Shown: in pieces, positions 57,501 through 64,000 of the stretch
How positions within the stretch are numbered: position 1 is the first letter of the stretch
Layout of the letters: every line of letters begins with the position of its first letter
Assembly (NCBI GenBank): GCA_044376115.1
Contig: JBILLK010000015.1
Location: forward strand, 128,001-192,000
Direction of reading: 5' to 3'
Source: Polyangiaceae bacterium
GTDB taxonomy: Bacteria > Myxococcota_A > Polyangia > Polyangiales > Polyangiaceae
DNA length: 64,000 nucleotides
Notes under the pieces: generated by a model
What the model was told of the DNA's origin: nothing
Databases searched by the model: none
The model's input: the letters and a program-made list of their open reading frames with translations, nothing else
Translations under genes and position numbers: made by a program

Positions 57501-58417
57501 ACAAGGTTGCCTGCTAGCGTCGCGCGATTGCGAATTTGCCTCGAGGCGAAGGCCCAAAGCATCTTATCGATCATTGGGTACTCGCCAGCGAGCGCTTCTT
57601 CGATCGCCGTCAACGTTGCAGCTCCGCCGATGCGGAAGAACTGGTCGTCTTGAGCGATCGTGGCCAATTCTCGTACGCCCTCTGTCGACACCAGCAACGA
57701 GTAGTGACGGTGTGCCTTATTGATGTAAACGCCAAGCTCGGTAGCACCGCCCACGAGCTCCGCCTTTTCGCGCAGCTCCGACTTGATTTGAAGCAGCTCG
57801 GCGAGCGAACTCGGTCGCAAGAAGGTCTCCCCTTGGCTCTCGTAGGAGAACGCTGGTACCGCGCCGTCATGCTTGTTGAGCCGAAGCTTGAATAGGTCTG
57901 GGGCTTGGGGTCGGGCCGCGAGCGACTGCAGCATAGCCTCGCGAATAGGTCGGTAGCCGGTGCAGCGACAGAGATTACCGTTCAGTTGGTCTCCCAGCTG
58001 GTGCTTCTGACGTTCCTCGGAGCCGAGGTCTTCGCGGTAATACGCCTCAAACATCGAGAGCACGAAGCCGGGGGTGCAATAGCCGCATTGCGAACCGTAG
58101 TTGTCGACCATGGCCTGCTGCACGGGATGCAGGTGCGCAGGCTCAAAGGCCACGCCCTCTACCGTGACGAGCTCACGCCCGGCGACCATCGGCAGCAGCG
58201 TGATGCAGCTGTTGATCGCGCGGTAGGTGCGTACGCCGTGTGCGTTGGTATCGACGAGCGCGACGGTGCAAGCTCCGCAGTCACCTTCTGCGCAGCCTTC
58301 TTTGCTGCCTGTTCGGCCGTTATTGCGAAGCCAGGTAAGCAGCGACACGTTGGTCGACGCGCCCTCCACGCGAACCGGGGCACCGTTGAGAACAAAGTCG
58401 AAGGCGGTCTTAGCCAT
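54596..58417 (-). CDS. xdhB: Xanthine dehydrogenase, fused XdhA (2Fe-2S + FAD)-XdhB (Moco) polypeptide
   Basis: KEGCAEGDCGAC, SQCGYCTPG, GNLCRCTGY, QIRNRATLAGN, GGQEHFYLE, GGGFGGKE, AFRGFGGPQ, EMGQG, SKAVGEPP. Confidence 0.95.
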   Translation of the reverse strand: MAKTAFDFVLNGAPVRVEGASTNVSLLTWLRNNGRTGSKEGCAEGDCGACTVALVDTNAHGVRTYRAINSCITLLPMVAGRELVTVEGVAFEPAHLHPVQQAMVDNYGSQCGYCTPGFVLSMFEAYYREDLGSEERQKHQLGDQLNGNLCRCTGYRPIREAMLQSLAARPQAPDLFKLRLNKHDGAVPAFSYESQGETFLRPSSLAELLQIKSELREKAELVGGATELGVYINKAHRHYSLLVSTEGVRELATIAQDDQFFRIGGAATLTAIEEALAGEYPMIDKMLWAFASRQIRNRATLAGNLVTASPIGDMPPILLALDAEVVLAKVGSTRTVKLADFFVAYRKTVLEPDEILLTILLPRNRAHVASCQRQMDSYKVSKRRELDISITAAAFVLELDEAKVVRHARLAYGGVAATPARARKTEAFLLGKAWSEETVRQALPILAQEFTPIDDVRSASPFRRQLIEGLFLKFWSGETSEAQDRPILFQVEDDAAPICRPQDKSRSLTHESAVGHVTGSALYVDDTARRRDMLELWPVMSPHARARITLIDVSAALREPGIACVLTAKDVPGMNDVGAVRHDEPLFADGEVFFHGQVVALVVGRSAEECRKAALKVKVGYEPLPAILGAREAIAQHSFHSEPHLIKRGNADASLAASPHRLSGEFDIGGQEHFYLETHAAWAEPGEDGEMFIASSTQHPSEVQAVVSHVLDRPRNKITVQSPRMGGGFGGKETQGNAWAAAVALAAMKTGKPVRVQLDRDVDMQVTGKRHPFHARFEVGFDEQGKLLAAKIDLFADGGWALDLSESICDRGVFHLDNAYYVPTCVFSGRVAKTNVVSHTAFRGFGGPQGMLVIEEILDRIARRLSLRPELVRERNLYRGSGETNTTHYGQELGDERLPMIWSGLLESAKFTERRAQLSAFNERSERMKRGIAITPVKFGISFTATWLNQAGALVLIYRDGTVQVNHGGTEMGQGLYTKMQGIAMRELGLPADVVRVMRTQTDKVPNTSATAASSGADLNGQAVRAACVTLRERLSPIAAELLTAESGTLVPEGAVVFEHGLVRAPQVPGLTLPFERVVERAYMKQVQLSAQGFYRTPGIGYDKKKGKGKPFYYFAYGAAVTEVEVDGYSGMKRVIAVDILHDVGESLNPGVDRGQIEGGFVQGMGWLTGEELKWGKDGRLLTHSASTYQIPSIGDAPAEFRVTLLPNAGQEGVIHGSKAVGEPPLMLAISAREALRDAIAAFGAPGGEVPLPSPVTHEAILAAVQSRLASTV

Positions 58418-58664
58418 TGGTCGGATGATACCCATCGCCGAAGGCGCCGCCTGCCGCAAGATCCCCCCCAAAATCTGATGGATCCAAGGGCAGTCGAGAC
58501 ACCTCGGGTACTTTCACCGCCCGCCGCTGAATGCAGGCCGTCGAGTGTGCAAGCGCGCCGGCTCAGCGCAGCTCTGCTTGGTCCTGACTGAGTGCCCCCA
58601 TTTGTTGGCGCAATTGTCACCTCGACAGGTTGACTCGCTCGGGAGCGGACACTAAGGAGTCCTG

Positions 58665-59216
58665 ATGACCGGAGATGATCGAAGGTTCAAGGAGCCGGGC
58701 CGGTCCGGCACGGTACCTACTGTCGGTTCGACGCCCAACGGGCGGTATACGACCATAGCTTCTTCAGCGCCTCCCTCCCAACGCACGCGTAAGGCGTCGT
58801 TCACCCGGCATTCTTTCGGGCCATTGCGAAGTCTGGTGGTCGCCCCGGATAGCGATATCCGCCGTGGTGTAACGCGGATTTTGGAGAACCACGAAGGAGA
58901 AGTGCACGCTGCAGGCTCGTTTGGCGAGGCCTTTCATCTCGTCGAGACGCTGCCTCCGGCAAAGACCTTGTTGCTCATTGATCCGTTGCTGCCAGGGTTT
59001 GAGCCCCGCCTCGTAGGCATGTTTCGCCATCATTGGAACGTTGCTGGAGGGCCAGCCGTGCTGATCTCTGCCATCAGTGCACCGGTGCTCGAAGACGTGA
59101 TGAGAACAACGGGAGCGGACGGCTTCTTGGTGACCACGAAGGGGCTCCTTCATCTCGACACAGCGCTAGCAAGCTGGCTCGAGCGACTCGATCTGGCGAA
59201 AGCCAGCACAGGCTGA
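58665..59216 (+). CDS. Atypical stand-alone receiver-domain protein
   Basis: LLLIDPLLPG, AVLISA, GADGFL receiver-like pattern; acidic pocket degenerate (VVAPD); AAGGAG RBS. Confidence 0.6.
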   Translation: MTGDDRRFKEPGRSGTVPTVGSTPNGRYTTIASSAPPSQRTRKASFTRHSFGPLRSLVVAPDSDIRRGVTRILENHEGEVHAAGSFGEAFHLVETLPPAKTLLLIDPLLPGFEPRLVGMFRHHWNVAGGPAVLISAISAPVLEDVMRTTGADGFLVTTKGLLHLDTALASWLERLDLAKASTG

Positions 59217-59224
59217 TCGCGCTC

Positions 59225-59740
59225 GTGCGAGCGCTGTTAGTTCTCATCGGGCTCGTACTGCTTTCGGGCTGTAGGCGGAACGAGCGACACCCGCAGGCCG
59301 ACCCGCCAGGCATGCAGCGGGAAAAGGGAGCCAAGGTGTCGCTCCCCGCGATAGATGGATTTAGTCGACAGCGCTACGGCGCCTCAGGCGCCGACCTCGA
59401 GGCCAATGGTGGGTTGGCGCTGGTCAAACTTGGCGAGAGGCCGCTTGCGATCGTGGCCGAGGTGGACAACCTCCCGATCTTGAGTTGGTCCGCAAGGAGC
59501 TGCTCGAGTGCAGCGGAGGACTTTGCGCGCGATCGCCGCGAGCAAGTCGCTGAATACGAAGTAGCGGTGCTCGCGACGGGGGAGGCCTGTCACTACGTCA
59601 CGGAGGGTCCTGGTCTGCGCATGGAGATCTTTCATATCGCGGGCCGACCAACCTTCGTCGTCGCCTGTCGCTCTACGTTGGAGGATGCGGATTTTTCCGA
59701 GCAGTGCAGGCACGCCGCTACCTGGGTGCGGGATCGCTGA
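59225..59740 (+). CDS. Hypothetical lipoprotein
   Basis: Lipobox LLSGC after GTG 59225; 4 Cys in mature part. Confidence 0.55.
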   Translation: MRALLVLIGLVLLSGCRRNERHPQADPPGMQREKGAKVSLPAIDGFSRQRYGASGADLEANGGLALVKLGERPLAIVAEVDNLPILSWSARSCSSAAEDFARDRREQVAEYEVAVLATGEACHYVTEGPGLRMEIFHIAGRPTFVVACRSTLEDADFSEQCRHAATWVRDR

Positions 59741-59787
59741 ACCAGAACCCGGTCGACAAAATGGTGTGGCGATGCTTGGCTCTGCCG

Positions 59788-60306
59788 ATGTGTTCCCGAC
59801 GTGAGGCGTTAGCGTTGATAGCAGTGCAAGCAACCGGGCTTTGGGTCGTGGGCTGCGGCGCGGACGCGGTTACAGTTCATCTCGTACGCCACGCGGAAAA
59901 GGCCGTCCCCCTCGACGGTAGCAAAGACAAGGACCCTGCACTTTCAGAGAAGGGATCTGCGCGAGCCGCTGCACTGGCGACCGCGCTCTCAACGGTAAAG
60001 CTCAGTGCAGTCTTCGCCAGTGAATGGCGACGTACGCAGGATACGGTCGCGCCCACAGCAAAAGCGCAAGGGCTCAACGTGGAGGTCATGAAGGCGGACG
60101 ACACGCCTGCGCTGGTCGTGAAGCTGAAGACGTATAGCGGCAAGCATGTACTCGTCGCTGGTCACTCGAACACGGTGCCAGAAATCGCGGCGGCGCTGGG
60201 CTTGCCGGAGCCACCAAAATTAGGTGATGACGACTACGGCGACCTATTCGTCGTCAAGGCAGGAGCCTCGGGCGCTACCCTCGAGAAACGACGCTTCGAA
60301 GGCTGA
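59788..60306 (+). CDS. Histidine phosphatase (SixA/phosphoglycerate mutase family), exported lipoprotein
   Basis: SRREAL twin-Arg-like leader and VVGC lipobox; LVRHAEK, RTQDT, LVAGHSNT. Confidence 0.85.
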   Translation: MCSRREALALIAVQATGLWVVGCGADAVTVHLVRHAEKAVPLDGSKDKDPALSEKGSARAAALATALSTVKLSAVFASEWRRTQDTVAPTAKAQGLNVEVMKADDTPALVVKLKTYSGKHVLVAGHSNTVPEIAAALGLPEPPKLGDDDYGDLFVVKAGASGATLEKRRFEG

Positions 60307-60330
60307 GCGCCACAGGGTCTCCCCACACAA

Positions 60331-62529
60331 CTAGCGGCCAGAGAATTCACGCATCTGTTTGCAGATAAAGTGGCCCCCTTCGAGCAACTTCAATTCGAAG
60401 TCGAGCGCTCGAGTCTTGTTAGGGTCCGCGGGAGCGTAGCGGCAATCATTCTCGTAATAGTCAGGGCGGGCACGACAATAGGCAATCTCCGCAGTGCGGG
60501 TGATCTCTACGAGCTCCCGCAACGCCTTGTCCGATAGCACCGGCGCCTTGAGCGGCGGCTCCCCAGCGACGGGTGTTGCAAACCGTGTAACGGCGAAAGA
60601 AGGAGGGTCTCCAGGTTCATTGAAGGCTGCAATGACGTTCTCCGCCAAGGTGCCGGGCTCGGGATTGGTCACCAGCACGTTGCCCTTCTGGTTGGCCAAC
60701 GTATAGCCGTAGACGTTCTGCGAGTTGATTACCCGGGTGACGACCACCGAGTTCGCCGCAACGGGCTCCTCCAGCTCGTAGTCAGCCACGATCGCGAAGG
60801 CCATCAGCGCACTGGAGTGATCCAACCTGGCGAAGGACCGCTCTTCGATCGCACGCTTGTTCCACACGCTGCCGAATACTGCCTTCATGGCGCAAGCGAG
60901 GGTCTTCGGCTTCACCTTCGACTTGACGCCCTCCGACACAATCTTGCAAACGGCCTCCGAATCATCGGGCTTCTTGAGGTTGGCGGCAAAACTCGAGTAG
61001 AGGCCCGCTCCATCGAAGTTGGGCATGTCTTCGGCGTTGGCGCTCGAACGCACCTTGACCTTCGGAATACCCGGTAAAACCTCACCGATTCGCTTCTGGA
61101 CCCGCTCGACCATACCCGGCGGAAAGCTTGACGAAAGGAACAGGTCTCGAACCTTCTCAGCGCGAGCTGAGAGCTCCTTCGGCGGTAGGTCACCTTGCTT
61201 TGCACCTTCAACGAGGACCTTGAGCGCAGCCCGCAGCTCCTGATTGGGCCCGTACTCAACGAAGTCCCGGTAGAATTTGAAGGGCACTCCGAGCCCTGCC
61301 GGGACCAGGTCATAGCCGTAACGCGCACTCAAACTTTCAGCGTCGGTCGTCCGACCCAAGACCTCCCCGTTTGTAAGGAAGCCGAGGCTTGCGGCCTTGC
61401 CACCAACAACGGCCGTGAGACGAACACAATCTGCGGGGTCTTTGGGACACATGTCCGCGTACGAAGTGAGCTCGTCGGAGGGCGAGTACGGTAGCGCTAA
61501 CCAGGGCCGCTCGTTGCGCTTGGCGTGAATCGCTCGGACCTGCTCTTCGCTGGCGGCTTCAAGTTTGAAGCCGTCCACCATGACGGTCAGATGAACCGGC
61601 TTGTCGACCCATTTGGACAGCTCTGCGTGCTCTGGCCCTGCACTGCGCAACACCATATTGGGTGTGCCGCGCTCCTTCGACTTGAGGTTCACGTGCGAGG
61701 TTGGATCTTGGTAGGCGTGGGAGATCGTCCCGGCGACCACCGAAAGGTCGAGAGGGAGTTCGTTGAAAACTGGGATGTCCAGCGGCGAAAGTGCGTCTAG
61801 GTCCTTGGGGAACATGCGCAAGAAGCCCCAAGCTTCGCCGCGATTGAGCGGAATGAAGTCGGTGGCACCGAGAACATCATCAAGCGACCGAAACGGAGCG
61901 CCTGCGCGCTCGAGTTCAGCCGCTACCTCGCCGCTCACGTGCTGTTGTAGGCCCGTAGCAACGAACACGAGCTTGGCTCCCGGGATACGAAACTGCGGCA
62001 ACAAGGTTCGCACCGTTTCAGCGATCATCTCTTCGCGAGCGACGTCTTGGGGGAAGAACTGAACGCCGTAGAGCGGCTCGGGATTGCCGTTGACGTAGTA
62101 GGTTTGGATCGACCCGGCGACATAACGCTTGTCTTGTACGTCGTAGGTCACCGCCCCGAACGACTTCAGCGTCTCAGAGAAATTGGAGAGCACCTGCTCG
62201 GCGAAGGGGAAGTGGTACTTGGCAGACTCCGGCCTTTCACCGCGCGAGTCGGTAAAATTTGAGTTCATGAAGTATACGGCTGGACGCTGCGGGTCGCGCC
62301 GGTCGATCAAGAACTTGAGCGTGCGGCCTGGGAGGAGGAGGCCGCCATCGCGATACGAAAACCTGTTGAAAGTCTCAAGACTATCGATGGCGCTGATTCC
62401 CAAGCCATTCGCCAGCACGCGAGGGGGATTCTGTCCCGTCAAATCCGGTGGAACCACCACCCGGTCCGTGGGCTTGCAAGCGAACGAAGCGAGGACCAAC
62501 GCCACCCCGAGCGTGCGTGCGCGAAGCAT
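60331..62529 (-). CDS. PEP/pyruvate-binding (PPDK N-terminal ATP-grasp) domain lipoprotein
   Basis: Lipobox ASFAC; GGKAASLG, VRSSANAEDMPNFDGAGLYSS, KAVFGSVWNKRA, DFELK..QMR; no His-swivel or pyruvate domain seen. Confidence 0.8.
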   Translation of the reverse strand: MLRARTLGVALVLASFACKPTDRVVVPPDLTGQNPPRVLANGLGISAIDSLETFNRFSYRDGGLLLPGRTLKFLIDRRDPQRPAVYFMNSNFTDSRGERPESAKYHFPFAEQVLSNFSETLKSFGAVTYDVQDKRYVAGSIQTYYVNGNPEPLYGVQFFPQDVAREEMIAETVRTLLPQFRIPGAKLVFVATGLQQHVSGEVAAELERAGAPFRSLDDVLGATDFIPLNRGEAWGFLRMFPKDLDALSPLDIPVFNELPLDLSVVAGTISHAYQDPTSHVNLKSKERGTPNMVLRSAGPEHAELSKWVDKPVHLTVMVDGFKLEAASEEQVRAIHAKRNERPWLALPYSPSDELTSYADMCPKDPADCVRLTAVVGGKAASLGFLTNGEVLGRTTDAESLSARYGYDLVPAGLGVPFKFYRDFVEYGPNQELRAALKVLVEGAKQGDLPPKELSARAEKVRDLFLSSSFPPGMVERVQKRIGEVLPGIPKVKVRSSANAEDMPNFDGAGLYSSFAANLKKPDDSEAVCKIVSEGVKSKVKPKTLACAMKAVFGSVWNKRAIEERSFARLDHSSALMAFAIVADYELEEPVAANSVVVTRVINSQNVYGYTLANQKGNVLVTNPEPGTLAENVIAAFNEPGDPPSFAVTRFATPVAGEPPLKAPVLSDKALRELVEITRTAEIAYCRARPDYYENDCRYAPADPNKTRALDFELKLLEGGHFICKQMREFSGR

Positions 62530-62534
62530 CTGAC

Positions 62535-63155
62535 TCACGAGTACCTCGTCATGATCAACCCGAACACAAACAGCGAGCCGCTCAGACACAGTCCAACCAA
62601 GAACACGAGATAGGCAACGCGAAGCAAGCGGAACTTGCCGAGCAACACGTGCCCGAGCGCGTGCATGTGTCGACTCAAGTGCTCGTACACGCGGTCATCA
62701 TCGGTAAAGAGTTCCTTCATTCGCAGCACGAACTCCTCTTCCTCCAGGCGACCGAAGTTGCCAAAGAAGAGCAGGTTACCGCGCCCCAATTGCAGTGCGC
62801 CGGCGCCCAACTGGCTGGGCTTTTGTAGTTTCGGTCGCACCACCAACACCGCGAAGATGATCGACAAGAGCGCCGTCGCAGCAAGCGTGGCGCAAGGCAA
62901 GATCAACCACAACCTCGTGTGCAAAATAATGCTGCTCGACGCCAACATGATCGACATGATCAGCCCGTTGATCTGAATCATCATGTTGGCTTTGCTGTCG
63001 GCCAACGTCGTCAGGTTCATCTGTTCTTGGAGCAGCACGCGAAACGTGGTTTCAGCGCTGGGCTTACGCGTCTTGACCTTTGCTGGAACAGCTTCCGCCG
63101 CCATGGCTGTCGCGCTTTGTGCTCCTAGCTGTGGCTCAGCCGTACCTTCATCCAT
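62535..63155 (-). CDS. Pycsar-effector/DUF5706 family membrane protein, stand-alone
   Basis: ETTFR..LADSKANMMI.IN, VVRPK, NLLFFGNF, LG.VL..KFRLLRVAY; three TM helices. Confidence 0.8.
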   Translation of the reverse strand: MDEGTAEPQLGAQSATAMAAEAVPAKVKTRKPSAETTFRVLLQEQMNLTTLADSKANMMIQINGLIMSIMLASSSIILHTRLWLILPCATLAATALLSIIFAVLVVRPKLQKPSQLGAGALQLGRGNLLFFGNFGRLEEEEFVLRMKELFTDDDRVYEHLSRHMHALGHVLLGKFRLLRVAYLVFLVGLCLSGSLFVFGLIMTRYS

Positions 63156-63302
63156 CGAGTCGACGAGAGTAGTCGGCCCTGGCGGCTATTGGAAATGACC
63201 CTGCAGCAAAAGGAGTGACGCTGGGTTGAGCTACTCGACGGCCACCCGCGGCTGCAAATCCTTTGTTGGCCTCTCGAGATCCCGAAGCGTTAGCATCGCG
63301 CG

Positions 63303-64000
63303 ATGTCTGAGAACGAGCCGAGCGTGGCACCCGAAGAAGGCAAGAAGAGCCCGATTGATCTGTTTCTATCGCTCTTTGCTGAAGTGCGGCCAGGGGAAGG
63401 GCTCACCGCCTTGGTGCTGCTTGCGGACGTGTTCCTCATGTTGGTGGCCTACTACCTGCTCAAGACCGTACGGGAGCCGCTGATTCTCGAGGGCGGTGGA
63501 GTCGAGCTCAAGAACTACGCCACCTTCGTGCAGGCGCTTGTGCTGATGGGCTTTGTCCCTGCCTATGCGGCGCTGGTGAAGCGGCTGCCACGCATGACGT
63601 TGATCACGGTCACGCTGGTGTTCTTTGCCTCCAATCTAGTGCTGTTTTGGCTGCTCGCCTTACTCAAAGTTCCGTACGTCGGCTTCGCATTCTTCGTTTG
63701 GCTTGGTTGCTTCAGCCTATGCGTCATTGCGCAGTTCTGGTCGCTGGCGAACGACCTGTACACGCCAGACCAAGGCAAGCGGCTCTTTGCGATCATCGGG
63801 ATTGGCTCTTCCGTAGGCGCCGTCGCTGGCTCCTATCTCGCAAAGTGGTTCGCGCAGAACTCGAACCCTGACGACAAGCTCAGCCCGCCCAACGTGAGCC
63901 CCTACGTCACGATGCTGATTTCGGCGGGCATCCTCATGGTCTGCTTGGCCCTCAGTTGGTTCGCCAACACGCGCGAAGGCAAGCGCAAAACCGTCACGGC
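63303..64000 (+). CDS. NTT/TLC-family nucleotide (ATP/ADP) translocase, runs off window end (absent from ORF track)
   Basis: Own translation: MSENEPSVAPEE..FAEVRPGEG..LVAYYLLKTVREPLIL..FFVWLGCFSLCVIAQFWSLANDLYTPDQGKRLFAIIGIGSSVGAVAG. Confidence 0.85.
   Translation, partial: MSENEPSVAPEEGKKSPIDLFLSLFAEVRPGEGLTALVLLADVFLMLVAYYLLKTVREPLILEGGGVELKNYATFVQALVLMGFVPAYAALVKRLPRMTLITVTLVFFASNLVLFWLLALLKVPYVGFAFFVWLGCFSLCVIAQFWSLANDLYTPDQGKRLFAIIGIGSSVGAVAGSYLAKWFAQNSNPDDKLSPPNVSPYVTMLISAGILMVCLALSWFANTREGKRKTVT

Noticed and set aside
58418..58664. Xanthine (NMT1-type) or purine riboswitch upstream of xdh
   Set aside because: A short GCAUUCAGCGGC resemblance exists on the minus strand, but I could not find the complementary stem, and a -10 box 7 nt before the ATG suggests a leaderless mRNA; an Infernal/Rfam scan would settle it
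62535..63155. Complete Pycsar/CBASS anti-phage system
   Set aside because: No cyclase or nucleotidyltransferase gene is adjacent in the window and there are no other defence genes; only the effector-like domain is supported
1..64000. Mobile elements, prophage, tRNA/rRNA
   Set aside because: No transposase, integrase or phage motifs, terminal inverted repeats or tRNA cloverleafs were recognised by eye; small RNAs could be missed without covariance searches

Overview
High-GC (roughly 60-65%), gene-dense chromosomal segment. Its content (many Gly/Cys-rich lipoproteins, a Ser/Thr kinase, a 3,859-aa TPR protein, a fused XdhAB, a DigR-like regulator) points to a myxobacterium, probably Polyangiales/Sorangiineae-like; this taxonomy is inferred, not proven. 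The left end carries the tail of a flagellar basal-body operon (flgG-flgA-flgH-flgI-short flgJ), then a sigma54 promoter, a sigma54 activator with no sensory domain, and a FliA/WhiG-type sigma factor fused to an N-terminal PilZ domain. The middle holds an atypical alpha-2-macroglobulin, three TerB-like genes, an SspB-domain lipoprotein, a minimal KdpDE pair divergent from a frameshifted kup, glyA with an E2 acyltransferase, HU, the giant TPR gene, an SDR/lipid-kinase cluster and xanthine dehydrogenase. The right end has a candidate extracytoplasmic nucleotide/phosphate module: an NTT-type ATP/ADP translocase, a stand-alone Pycsar-effector-like membrane protein, an exported PEP/pyruvate-binding (ATP-grasp) lipoprotein and an exported histidine phosphatase. 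I recognised no rRNA, tRNA, CRISPR array or mobile element. All product calls come from motif recognition by eye; no database searches were run.
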